From contig CAVHNN010000002.1 of the NCBI GenBank assembly GCA_963637465.1, forward strand, positions 22,347 through 86,346: 64,000 nt of DNA. The letters run 5' to 3'. How positions within the stretch are numbered: the stretch's first letter is position 1; every line of letters starts with the position of its first letter. The notes under the pieces are model-generated. The model saw nothing but the letters and a program-made list of their open reading frames with translations. It did not search any database and was not told the origin of the DNA. Both the position numbers and the translations under genes were made by a program. Source of the DNA: Paludibacteraceae bacterium. GTDB lineage: Bacteria; Bacteroidota; Bacteroidia; Bacteroidales; UBA932. Of the stretch, positions 39,943-49,182 are shown in pieces.

Positions 39943-42915
39943 TCACTTGTTCATAAGATCCTCAAGACGGGAGAGCCGCTTGCCCACGTTGTCGGCGACG
40001 TCATCGGCGCCTCCGGCAGGCTCGTAGCCGTCGCGGATGCTCTCGTAGGTGGCCTTGGCCTGCTCGTATGCTCCGCGCTCCACAAAAGAGTCGCCCAGCA
40101 CGAGATACGCCTTGGCGAGCCAGTATGACTGGGAGCCGGCCGTCTGGGAGAAAGCATAGACCTCAGCCTCCACCTTGTCGAAATCGCCGGTGTCAAAGAG
40201 ATTCTGGATGGTCATATAGCGGCCCTCCGCACCTTCCGGAGTGGACGGGTTGGCGCCGAGAGCGGCGAAGAGACTCATGGCCTCGGCCCTGCGGGACATG
40301 GCGAGACAGGACTTGGCCTTGAGATACTGCGCCTCCCTGCGAAGAGACGAGCCGTCGGCGGAGTTGGCGATCACGGCATCACAGGAGCTTATCGCCGCAT
40401 CATAATCCTTGCTCCTGTAGGCGGAGCGCATCATGCCCAGACGGGCCTCTGCCCTGTTCTCCTCCATCTTGGAGGAAGTGAGAAGGGCGGAGTAGCCCTT
40501 GTAGGCGTCTCCGTAGCGCTCAAGCTCGTAGGAGAGCTGGGCATAGCGGAGCATGGACATCTCCGCGAAGGAGTAGTCGGAGGCGGAGACCATGGACTTC
40601 GAATAATAGTCGCAGGCCTTCTCCTTGTCGCCCGCAGAGCGGTAGCACTCCGCAAGGTAGAACTCCGCCTTGAGCATATCGGTGCTCTGCGGATAGGTCC
40701 GGATGAACTTGACAAGGGAGTTTATGGCCTCGCTCCAGTTGCCGGAGAGATACATCTGCTCGGCGGTGCTGAAATACATCTTCTCCTTCTCGGCCTCGGT
40801 TCTGGACGCATTGAGAGAGTTCTCCTCCACATACTCCAGGAACTTGTCCGGACGCTTCATCTTGCGGTAGATGGACTCGATGGCAAGCATCGACTCCTCG
40901 GCATATTCGCTCTGCGGAAGTTCGGAAACGACCTGCTTGTAGCATTCGAGCGACTTCTCGTACTGAGCCATGTTGCGATAGACCATCCCCATCCCGATCA
41001 GGGCCTTGGCCTCGCTTATCTTGTCCGGCACCGTGTCCTTGAGCCGCGTGAAGCTGCGGAGAGCGTCGTTGTTGTTCTTCAGGTCCATCTGCGCCCTTCC
41101 GAGCTCGTAGAGCGCGTCGGCATACATCGGAGCCGAAGGGGACGCGTCCTCCACGTGGAGCAGGGTGGACACCTTGCGCTTCTTGTCTCCGGACAGGCCG
41201 TAGGAGATGGCCTGCTGATAGTACGGGTAGATGTTGTCCGGGGTGAAATACTCCGAGATGACCCTCTGATAGGAAGCGATCGCCGCCTTGTAGTCCCGGC
41301 GGCCGAAATCGCAGTCGGCCCTTCTCAGCATGGCATCCTCGCGGTACTGCGCCCCGGCGTCGGAGAGGCAGATGTCGAACCATCTCGCCGCCCCCGCGTA
41401 GTCGCGCTGCTTGAAGCAGCTGTAGGCCACGTTGTATGCGAGGGCCGCATTCTCCTCGCTTCCCGCGAGAGCGTCGGCGTTGTACAGCTCCGTGAAAGTG
41501 CGCTCCGCCGTGGCATAATCCCCGGACCTGTAGCTCGCCTCCGCGAGACGGTAGCGGGACAGCTGGTTGAGCCTGTCAGTCTTCGGAAGATAGTAGGCGG
41601 TCGCACGGAAATAAGGCACCGCGTCCCGGTACGAGCCTCCCTCGAAGAGCTGCACTCCGCGCAGGAAATTGGCCTTGGTGTAGTTGTTGCGCATGTCGGG
41701 GGTGAGCTCGTCGATATTGTCATAGGCGGCCACGGCGCCGGCATAATCCCGGTCATAGAGAGCCGCGATGGCCATGTAACTGTATATCGCCACTCCCCTC
41801 TTGCGGGTGGACCAGCGCTTGATGTACTGCGAAAAACCTCTGGTATCCTTGTTGAGGTCGAGAGCCAGCTTGGCGTAGTTGAAAGCCGCATCCTCGGTGA
41901 TCTGCGGGTCGAAGTCCACTGCGGAAGCGTCGTGAAAAGCCTCCATCGCGGCCACCTGATTGCGCAGATGGACATAGGCGTTGCCGAGATGGTAGTTCGC
42001 GACCTGCCCGAGAGAGTCGCTGCGGTCGGTCATCTTGCCGTAGTTCTCGACGGCGCCCCGATAGTCGTGCACGGAATAGAGCACGGTGCCCGCGTAGAAA
42101 TAGTCCTTGCGGCTCATCTCCTTCGGGGAGAAGGCCTCGTAATACTCCCTGGCCTTGTCGTTGTCCCCGAGTATGAGGCTGGACTCGGAGATGATCCTGG
42201 CGAGCCTCTCCCTGCGCTCCGGCGGGGCTGTCCGATACACCTTCTCCCCCTCGCGCACGGCGAAAGCGTAATTCTTCTGATTGAACTCGCAGTCAACTAT
42301 GTAGAACTCGCAGAGGGAAGTGAATCTCGGGTCGGAGGAAGCTTTCCAGAAAGAGGCCTCGGCCTGGGCGAAAAGGCTGTCCTCGTAGTATATGACACCC
42401 GTCAGATAGCGTCCGGGGGCGGTATATTCCGAGAAGTCGAGAGCTTCCAGTATCATGAAGAACTGCAGAGCCTCCTCCGCCCTTCCGATGGAGAACTCGC
42501 AGTAGCCGCACTTGAACACGTATTCGGCCGTCTGACGCTCATTGAGCACGGAAGAGTCAACCTTGGAGAACTCCAGCGCGGCCTCGCCGTATTTGCCGTC
42601 ATCAAAAAGCAGGCGGGCGTTCTCGAAACGGATGCGGGGGGTCAGCACCGACGACGGATACTTCCCGTCGTACTCGGAGATGAGGAGCGGATAGTCCTCA
42701 GTACGCATCTTGACCGCGCAAAGAACTGCATACCCATCCGTCACAGGATCGGACGGCAGCGCCTCAAAAATAGTCAAAGCCCTGTCATACAAGCCGTTGT
42801 CGTACAGCTCGACAGCTCTCCTATATTCAGAAGACTCCGGTTCCGCCGCCTGCGCCATGCACGGAAGCGAGAGCGCCGCAGCGAGAGAAACCGCAAGGAT
42901 ATATTTAAGTTTCAT
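39943..42915 (-). CDS. Large secreted tetratricopeptide-repeat protein
   Basis: About 990 aa from ATG 42915 (MKLKYILAVSLAAALSLPCMAQA), with many TPR-like A/Y/L repeats. The track extension to 43071 runs through the MITE-like element and was rejected. Confidence 0.8.
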   Translation of the reverse strand: MKLKYILAVSLAAALSLPCMAQAAEPESSEYRRAVELYDNGLYDRALTIFEALPSDPVTDGYAVLCAVKMRTEDYPLLISEYDGKYPSSVLTPRIRFENARLLFDDGKYGEAALEFSKVDSSVLNERQTAEYVFKCGYCEFSIGRAEEALQFFMILEALDFSEYTAPGRYLTGVIYYEDSLFAQAEASFWKASSDPRFTSLCEFYIVDCEFNQKNYAFAVREGEKVYRTAPPERRERLARIISESSLILGDNDKAREYYEAFSPKEMSRKDYFYAGTVLYSVHDYRGAVENYGKMTDRSDSLGQVANYHLGNAYVHLRNQVAAMEAFHDASAVDFDPQITEDAAFNYAKLALDLNKDTRGFSQYIKRWSTRKRGVAIYSYMAIAALYDRDYAGAVAAYDNIDELTPDMRNNYTKANFLRGVQLFEGGSYRDAVPYFRATAYYLPKTDRLNQLSRYRLAEASYRSGDYATAERTFTELYNADALAGSEENAALAYNVAYSCFKQRDYAGAARWFDICLSDAGAQYREDAMLRRADCDFGRRDYKAAIASYQRVISEYFTPDNIYPYYQQAISYGLSGDKKRKVSTLLHVEDASPSAPMYADALYELGRAQMDLKNNNDALRSFTRLKDTVPDKISEAKALIGMGMVYRNMAQYEKSLECYKQVVSELPQSEYAEESMLAIESIYRKMKRPDKFLEYVEENSLNASRTEAEKEKMYFSTAEQMYLSGNWSEAINSLVKFIRTYPQSTDMLKAEFYLAECYRSAGDKEKACDYYSKSMVSASDYSFAEMSMLRYAQLSYELERYGDAYKGYSALLTSSKMEENRAEARLGMMRSAYRSKDYDAAISSCDAVIANSADGSSLRREAQYLKAKSCLAMSRRAEAMSLFAALGANPSTPEGAEGRYMTIQNLFDTGDFDKVEAEVYAFSQTAGSQSYWLAKAYLVLGDSFVERGAYEQAKATYESIRDGYEPAGGADDVADNVGKRLSRLEDLMNK

Positions 42916-42920
42916 ATCTA

Positions 42921-43085
42921 TAGAAGCTGTTTTGAAATAATTCCTCTCTTTTCTTACATGGCCTTTCCGGCCATTTTCATCTTTGTCATCGGTCACGTAG
43001 TCACCGCTACGCTCCCTCTTCCAAAGCCGAAACTGCCTCGAAAATTCCGCATAATAAAATTCGGGAACCATTTCAAAACAGCTTC
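42921..43085. mobile_element. MITE-like 164 bp element, copy B
   Basis: Same termini and orientation as copy A. Lies 6 nt upstream of the TPR gene ATG. Confidence 0.6.
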
Positions 43086-43099
43086 AAAGCCAAAGCTTA

Positions 43100-43107
43100 C
43101 AAATTTA
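43100..43107 (-). promoter_or_regulatory. Candidate -7 box (TAAATTTG) upstream of element B and the TPR gene
   Basis: Exact TAnnTTTG on the minus strand, 15 nt beyond the distal end of element B. Confidence 0.35.
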
Positions 43108-43122
43108 CTTATTTTTTTCAAC

Positions 43123-43130
43123 TATATTTG
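43123..43130 (+). promoter_or_regulatory. Candidate -7 box (TATATTTG), 5 nt before the ftsE-like ATG
   Basis: Exact TAnnTTTG followed by CGCCT-ATG. Confidence 0.45.
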
Positions 43131-43135
43131 CGCCT

Positions 43136-43813
43136 ATGGACAAAACTCCCGTCATATCCTTTACAGACGCCGACATCCTCAACGGAGAGAGCACGGTCAT
43201 CTACGGCCTCACTCTCCAGGTCTATCAGGGAGACCTCGTGTACGTGGTCGGCAAGGTCGGCAGCGGCAAGACATCCATCATCCGCACCATCACTGCGGAG
43301 AACCGCCTCGGCGGCGGCAGCGGGACGGTCTGCGGCTTCTCTCTGGAGAACATCAGAAAAAAGGACATCCCCTACCTTCGGCGCAAGCTCGGAGTGGTGT
43401 TCCAGGATTTCCAGCTGCTGATGGACAGGACCGTGGAGGAGAACCTCTCTTTCGTCCTCAGGGCGACGGACTGGAAAGACGGCCGGGAAGCCGGGAAAAG
43501 AATCAGAGAAGTTCTCGGAGCCGTGGGGATGGAGACCAAGGCCCACAAGATGCCGTACCAGCTCTCCGGAGGAGAACAGCAGAGGATAGCGATAGCGCGC
43601 GCCCTGCTCAACGACCCGGAGGTCATCCTCGCCGACGAGCCGACCGGCAATCTCGACGAGGGTACGGCGGAAGGCATTCTCCAGCTGCTCAAAAAGATAA
43701 ATGAGGAGAAAAATACGGCGATAGTGATGGTGACCCACAACAGGGGCATCTGCGCGCGCTACCCGGGGAGAGTGTTCGAGACCGGGGATGAAAGCTGCCG
43801 GGAGATCCGATGA
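43136..43813 (+). CDS. ftsE: FtsE-like ABC ATP-binding protein
   Basis: 225 aa with Walker [10 protein letters not shown], signature [15 protein letters not shown], and Walker [12 protein letters not shown]. No permease gene is adjacent. Confidence 0.75.
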   Translation: MDKTPVISFTDADILNGESTVIYGLTLQVYQGDLVYVVGKVGSGKTSIIRTITAENRLGGGSGTVCGFSLENIRKKDIPYLRRKLGVVFQDFQLLMDRTVEENLSFVLRATDWKDGREAGKRIREVLGAVGMETKAHKMPYQLSGGEQQRIAIARALLNDPEVILADEPTGNLDEGTAEGILQLLKKINEEKNTAIVMVTHNRGICARYPGRVFETGDESCREIR

Positions 43814-44442
43814 CACTCAATCAGAGATACGCCGGAATCATCGACCATTTCAGCCGGAACAATCCCGATGCCGGGCCGGAACTGCATTTCGGATCCAAGT
43901 TCCAGCTGCTCGTGGCGGTGATGCTCTCCGCGCAGTGCACCGACAAGCGGGTCAACCTCGTCACCCCCGCCCTTTTCAAGGCATACCCCGACCCGAAGAG
44001 CCTCTCGGAGGCTTCTTTTGAGGATGTACGCACCCTTATCGGATCCATCTCCTACCCCAACAGCAAGGCCCGGCACCTGATAAGCATGGCCGGGAAGCTG
44101 GTCAGCGACTTCGGCTCTGAGGTGCCCTCAAGCATAGAGGAGCTTCTCACCCTGCCCGGGGTGGGACGCAAGACGGCCAATGTCGTAGCCTCGATATGCT
44201 GGGGAGAGCCGGTGATTGCCGTGGACACGCACGTGTTCAGGGTGGCGCGCCGCCTCGGCCTCTCCGCCGGCAAAACCCCTCTTGAAGTGGAGAAAGACCT
44301 CGAAAAGCACATCCCGCGCGGGCTCAGGCCCGCCTCCCACCACTGGCTGATATTGCACGGACGCTACGTCTGCACGGCCATAAAACCAAAGTGCGGGGGA
44401 TGTCCCCTCGCACCTTGGTGTAAAACATATCAAAACTCTTAA
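43810..44442 (+). CDS. nth: Endonuclease III
   Basis: 210 aa with HhH-GPD motif LPGVGRKTANVV and a C-terminal C-x6-C-x2-C-x5-C iron-sulfur loop. ATGA overlap with ftsE. Confidence 0.92.
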   Translation: MTLNQRYAGIIDHFSRNNPDAGPELHFGSKFQLLVAVMLSAQCTDKRVNLVTPALFKAYPDPKSLSEASFEDVRTLIGSISYPNSKARHLISMAGKLVSDFGSEVPSSIEELLTLPGVGRKTANVVASICWGEPVIAVDTHVFRVARRLGLSAGKTPLEVEKDLEKHIPRGLRPASHHWLILHGRYVCTAIKPKCGGCPLAPWCKTYQNS

Positions 44443-44449
44443 CGCCCGC

Positions 44450-44475
44450 GGCGGGTCAATCCCGCCATTCTTTTT
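44450..44475 (+). terminator. Intrinsic terminator after nth
   Basis: GGCGGG-tcaat-CCCGCC followed by ATTCTTTTT. Confidence 0.55.
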
Positions 44476-46139
44476 CAGGCGCAGAACTGCTTCTTGAGAG
44501 CCTCTATCTTCGCGTCGGCGTCGTCGCCCTTGGCCCCGAAGTAGAACTTGATCTTCGGCTCGGTGCCGGAAGGCCTCACGGAGACGACGTCTCCGGCCTC
44601 ATCGAAGAACTGAAGGACATTGGATGAAGGCTGTCCGGTCTTCTCGGGCTCCAGATAATCAATCACCTTGCATACAGGCGAGCCGCAGAGCTGCGATGGA
44701 GGGTTGCCGCGCAGGTCGGACATCATCTTCTGAATCTCCTGCGAACCGCTGATGCCCTTGCGCACCACTGACACGAGCCCCTCCCTGCGGTAGCCGTATT
44801 CTTTGTAGATCTTCTGCATGAGCTGGTAGAGGGTAAGTCCCTGATCCGCAGCCCAGGCCGCGCATTCGCACACCATCATCGCCGAAACCACGGCATCCTT
44901 GTCGCGCACGAACTGCCCGATGTTGAAGCCGTAGCTCTCCTCGCCGCCGCAGACGAACTCCTCGCCCTCAGCCTCGCGGCGCTTGACGACCTCGGCGATA
45001 TATTTGAATCCCGTAAGAACGTTATATACAGGAACATCGAAGCTCTTACATATCTCGGATATCAGCTCGGTCGTCACGATGGTCTTGACCACGTACCTGC
45101 CCTTCCCCAGGGTCCCGAGGGCCTTGCGGCGGGAGAGGATGTAGTAGGTGAGCATCGAGGCCGTCTGGTTGCCGTTGAAGAGCACCATCTTGCCGTCATT
45201 GTCGCGCACGGCGATTCCGAGACGATCCGAATCAGGGTCGGATCCCATCACGATGTCCGCCCCCGTCTGCTCCGCCTTCTCGATGGCCAGCTTGAGGGCC
45301 GCCGGCTCCTCCGGGTTCGGAGAGATGACAGTCGGGAAGTTGCCGTCGGAGATGTCCTGCTCCGGTACGTGGATGACGTTGCGGAAGCCCAGACGGCTGA
45401 GGATTTCGGGTATGAGACGCACTCCGCAGCCGTGCAGAGGGGTATAGACCACTTTCAGATCGGAGTGTGCGCGGCACGACTCCGGACTGAGGCTCAGCGA
45501 GAGAAGGTCGCGAAGATAGCATTCGTCCACTTCCGGACCCATCTTCTCAATCTTGCCGCAGTCCGCCCCCGGCTTGAACCTGACCATGGACGGGTCGGTG
45601 ATTTCGGCCACCTGGGCGACTATCTCCTTGTCAACCGGAGAGGTGACCTGTCCGCCGTCGGACCAGCTTACCTTGTAGCCGTTGTACTCCTTGGGGTTGT
45701 GCGAGGCCGTGATCATCACCCCGGCCACCGCGCCCTTGAGGCGCACGGCGTAGCTCATCTCCGGAGTGGGGCGGATGCCGTCGAAGATATGGACGTGTAT
45801 GCCGTTGGCGGAAAGGACGTCGGCCGCGATATGGGCGAACTCACTGCTGTGATTGCGCGAATCGTAAGAGATGCAGACCTTCGGGTCCGGGTCGTCGCAA
45901 TGGGAGAGGATGTAGTCGGCGAGGCCCTGGGTGGCCATCCCGACGGTGTATTTGTTCATACGGTTGGTTCCCACGCCCATCAGTCCGCGAAGTCCGCCCG
46001 TACCGAACTCAAGGTTCTTGTAGAACGCATCCTCCAAGGCGGCGGGGTCGCTGTCGCGAAGCCGCATCACTTCATTTTTAGTCTCCTGGTCGAAGTCTCC
46101 GTCCAACCAGCTCTGTGCTCTAAGTTCGAATTCTTTCAT
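44475..46139 (-). CDS. Phosphoglucomutase / phospho-sugar mutase
   Basis: 554 aa with active site TASHNPKEYNGYK and metal loop GSDPDSDR. Confidence 0.88.
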   Translation of the reverse strand: MKEFELRAQSWLDGDFDQETKNEVMRLRDSDPAALEDAFYKNLEFGTGGLRGLMGVGTNRMNKYTVGMATQGLADYILSHCDDPDPKVCISYDSRNHSSEFAHIAADVLSANGIHVHIFDGIRPTPEMSYAVRLKGAVAGVMITASHNPKEYNGYKVSWSDGGQVTSPVDKEIVAQVAEITDPSMVRFKPGADCGKIEKMGPEVDECYLRDLLSLSLSPESCRAHSDLKVVYTPLHGCGVRLIPEILSRLGFRNVIHVPEQDISDGNFPTVISPNPEEPAALKLAIEKAEQTGADIVMGSDPDSDRLGIAVRDNDGKMVLFNGNQTASMLTYYILSRRKALGTLGKGRYVVKTIVTTELISEICKSFDVPVYNVLTGFKYIAEVVKRREAEGEEFVCGGEESYGFNIGQFVRDKDAVVSAMMVCECAAWAADQGLTLYQLMQKIYKEYGYRREGLVSVVRKGISGSQEIQKMMSDLRGNPPSQLCGSPVCKVIDYLEPEKTGQPSSNVLQFFDEAGDVVSVRPSGTEPKIKFYFGAKGDDADAKIEALKKQFCA

Positions 46140-46189
46140 CGGTTAGTGTCAGTATTTAATTGTAGTTATCAAGTATTTTGTCAATTCAT

Positions 46190-46197
46190 CAAAAGTA
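46190..46197 (-). promoter_or_regulatory. Candidate -7 box (TACTTTTG) for the phosphoglucomutase gene
   Basis: Exact TAnnTTTG on the minus strand, about 50 nt upstream of the ATG at 46139. Confidence 0.3.
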
Positions 46198-46218
46198 AAG
46201 AAAATAATCAATTATTCC

Positions 46219-46226
46219 TACATTTG
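46219..46226 (+). promoter_or_regulatory. Candidate -7 box (TACATTTG), 5 nt before the ATG at 46232
   Basis: TACATTTG-CGCCG-ATG, the same architecture as at 43123 and 24108. Confidence 0.45.
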
Positions 46227-46231
46227 CGCCG

Positions 46232-47371
46232 ATGAAAAAGAGCTTCGCGGACATACTGACCGATATCGGCGGGGAGACATCCCGCAAGGTGCGGGGGAAA
46301 ATTCCCGCCTGGGAGGGCGCGGAGATTCCTTCGGCCCTCAGCCTTGAGCAATGCTCCTCGCAGGAGGCCGCCGATTATAAGCGGAGAGTTCTGGAGGGCT
46401 TCTTTCCGGGCGGGGCCGGACTCGCGTGCGATCTCACCTGCGGGCTCGGGGTGGACAGCCTCGCCCTCTCGAAAGTCGCCCGGAAAGTCATAAGCTTCGA
46501 AAAGTCGGGCTCCCTAGCCGAGGCCGCCCGAAGGAACTTCGCCCGTTTCGGGGCGGACAACGTCGAAGTGCGCTGCGAGATGGTCGGGCCGGGCTGCGGG
46601 CTCCCCTCCTGCGATGTGTTCTACGCCGACCCCGCGCGGCGGGACGGCTGCGGACGCAAGGTGTTCCGGCTCGAAGACTGCTCCCCGGACATCGGGCCCA
46701 TGCTCCCGGAGCTCCTCGGAAAATCTTCCCTCGTGCTGCTGAAACTCTCCCCGATGGCGGACATCGGAGAGCTGGCGGGAGTTTTCGGTGACGCCCTCAG
46801 AGAAGTCCACATAGTCAGCCTTCACTCCGAAGTGAAGGAACTGCTCTGCGTCCTGAGAGCTGACAACACGGAGGGATACTCCATAAAAGTCGTGGAGCTT
46901 CGCTCTCCGCAGGAGACGTTCACTTTCACCCCGGAAGAGGAAAAATCCGCAAGATTCCGCTGCGCCGCCCCGGCGCGGGCGGGGCAGTACCTCCACGAGC
47001 CCTGCGCCGGACTCCTCAAGTCGGGGGCCTTTCACCTCATAGCAGACAGATTCGGTCTGGAAGAGGCCGACAGGGCCACGAGGCTCTACCTTTCGGACTC
47101 TCCGGTCAGATCCCCTCTGATGAAGACTTTCCTGATAGAGCACGCGCTGCCGATGAGCAAAGAGGGGCTGAGACAGGCGCGCACTCTCTACCCGGCTGCC
47201 GGAGTGAGCGCACGCAACGTCCCACTGGGCAGCGAGGCGCTGCGGGAGAGGCTGAAAGTCGGGGAGAACCCTTCGCGCCACATCTTCGGATGCACCCTCG
47301 CCGCCCGAAGGATGCTACTGCTCTGCAGCAGGCTTCCCCAGCAGGTGGCGGGTCCAGAAGATATGGTCTGA
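46232..47371 (+). CDS. Class I SAM-dependent methyltransferase with THUMP-like C-terminal domain
   Basis: SAM motif I DLTCGLGVDS, then FYADPARR, and a C-terminal ...SARNVPLGSEALRERLKV... block. The 3' end overlaps the convergent S9 peptidase gene by 57 nt. Confidence 0.65.
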   Translation: MKKSFADILTDIGGETSRKVRGKIPAWEGAEIPSALSLEQCSSQEAADYKRRVLEGFFPGGAGLACDLTCGLGVDSLALSKVARKVISFEKSGSLAEAARRNFARFGADNVEVRCEMVGPGCGLPSCDVFYADPARRDGCGRKVFRLEDCSPDIGPMLPELLGKSSLVLLKLSPMADIGELAGVFGDALREVHIVSLHSEVKELLCVLRADNTEGYSIKVVELRSPQETFTFTPEEEKSARFRCAAPARAGQYLHEPCAGLLKSGAFHLIADRFGLEEADRATRLYLSDSPVRSPLMKTFLIEHALPMSKEGLRQARTLYPAAGVSARNVPLGSEALRERLKVGENPSRHIFGCTLAARRMLLLCSRLPQQVAGPEDMV

Positions 47372-49168
47372 CTCCCGGTCGTGCAGGTGCTGGCTTCCCC
47401 GGTAGCCGTGCATCCCGTCGGGATAGATCATCAGCTCGAACTGATAGCCCTCCTTCTGGAGAGCGTCGATGAGCAGCAGAGTGTTCTGGAAATGCACGTT
47501 GTCGTCGCCCGTCCCGTGAGTGAGCTTGAGAGCCCCGGGAGAGGGCTTGCGCTCATTGTCCGGAGCGAAGACTTTCGGCACCCAGCTGAGAACCCCGGCC
47601 TCGGCATAGCCTTCCGGATTGGCCTGGGGAGTATCCATGAAGCGCTCGGTGTAGTGGGAATCGTAGAGGTTCCAGTCATAGACTCCGCCGCCCGCGACAC
47701 CGCAGCAGAAATACTCCGGATAGCGCAGCACCAGCATCGCGGTGGTGGTGCCTCCGAAAGAGAAACCCTCGACACCTATCCTGTCCCCCCGGACGTAAGG
47801 CAGGGACTTCAGCCACTCCGCCCAGGCCAGGTAATCCTGAAGCTCAATCACGGTCATCCTCCGGAAAGCCTGGTCCATTCCGCGCCGTCCGTTCTCCCCG
47901 GAAGAACGCGGATCGACCACTATATATATTATCCCGTTCTCATAGCACCAGCTGTCCGAAGCGTCCCTGTCGGCCCAACAGTCACGTACATACGGGGTGC
48001 CGGGGCCTCCGTAGAGCTGCATCAGCACCGGATACTTGCGCGAAGGGTCGAAGCCGGCGGGCAGTGACATCAGACCATAGAGATCGAAGCCGTCATTTTC
48101 TATCTTCACTATCTGCGGAGACGGGACGGAAGACAGGTCCACGCTGCTGCTGTCCGTCACGACCTTGCAGCTGTAGCGGTCAGTGCGGCCTTCGATGCCC
48201 CGCCACGGCTCCCTGGCGTTGGAGATGTCGGCGCTGAAGGTCTTGCCGTCTTCGGAGAAGCGCACCCGGCGCACATAATAGTCGGGATCCGTGAGAGCCG
48301 TGATTCTCCCCTTGCGGTCAAGCCTGTAGAGGGTCGGATGCAGGCGCGAGTCGCGCTTGGCGGTAAACCACAGGTCGCCCTTCTTCTCATCGTGGCGAAG
48401 CAGGCGTATGTCCCAGTTCTCCCCGTCGGTCAGGCGCTTGAGCGTCCCGTCGTAGGAGAGGAAATAAATCTGCTGCCAGAGCGTCTCGAAGTCCCGGGCC
48501 ATATACAGGCCCTTGTCGGTGAATATCATGCCGTCTATCCAGTTCACCCATGTGGGGTACTCCTCATGATAGACCGCCCTCCTGCTCCCGTCCTCTACGC
48601 TGACGGCATACAGGTCCAGAGTGTTCTGCCTGCGCGGCTCGCGGGATATGTATATCTCCCTGGAATCCGCCCCCCAGAAAGGAATGCCGAAGTACTGGTC
48701 CTGAGACTCGTCAAAATCAGCCCAGAGCGTCCCCCCGTCCTGCAGGTCGATGATGCCCAGCTTCACCTTGGGGTTGGTCTGCCCGGCCTTAGGGTAGCGG
48801 GTCTGCGAGAGCGACCCGTTCTGGCCGAAAGGAGAGAAGATCGGGAACATCGGCACCCGGCTGTTGTCGAAACGGTAGAATCCTATCCGTCTGGAATCCG
48901 GACTCCACCAGAAAGCCCGGTAGTTGGAGGAGCGTCCGAGAATCTCCTCGTAGTACACCCAGGAGGCATACCCGTTGAGTATCAGCGGAGAACCGTCGAA
49001 GGTGAGCCTCGTCTCCACGGAGTCCGCCACGCTGCGCACCCAGAGGTCGTTGTCTCTCGTGAATGCGAGCATCTTCCCGTCCGGGGACGGGGTGGTGTTG
49101 TAGTCCTTGGCCGAGGCGGCGGGGCTGAGCGCCAGGCAGGCGAGCAGCAGAGCGATGATTTTTTTCAT
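47315..49168 (-). CDS. S9 family peptidase (DPP IV-like beta-propeller plus alpha/beta hydrolase)
   Basis: Start at ATG 49168 (MKKIIALLLACLALSPAASA). DPPIV_N-like propeller and a GFSFGG nucleophile elbow. Confidence 0.85.
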   Translation of the reverse strand: MKKIIALLLACLALSPAASAKDYNTTPSPDGKMLAFTRDNDLWVRSVADSVETRLTFDGSPLILNGYASWVYYEEILGRSSNYRAFWWSPDSRRIGFYRFDNSRVPMFPIFSPFGQNGSLSQTRYPKAGQTNPKVKLGIIDLQDGGTLWADFDESQDQYFGIPFWGADSREIYISREPRRQNTLDLYAVSVEDGSRRAVYHEEYPTWVNWIDGMIFTDKGLYMARDFETLWQQIYFLSYDGTLKRLTDGENWDIRLLRHDEKKGDLWFTAKRDSRLHPTLYRLDRKGRITALTDPDYYVRRVRFSEDGKTFSADISNAREPWRGIEGRTDRYSCKVVTDSSSVDLSSVPSPQIVKIENDGFDLYGLMSLPAGFDPSRKYPVLMQLYGGPGTPYVRDCWADRDASDSWCYENGIIYIVVDPRSSGENGRRGMDQAFRRMTVIELQDYLAWAEWLKSLPYVRGDRIGVEGFSFGGTTTAMLVLRYPEYFCCGVAGGGVYDWNLYDSHYTERFMDTPQANPEGYAEAGVLSWVPKVFAPDNERKPSPGALKLTHGTGDDNVHFQNTLLLIDALQKEGYQFELMIYPDGMHGYRGSQHLHDRESDHIFWTRHLLGKPAAEQ

Positions 49169-49182
49169 ATTGAAGCTGTGAT

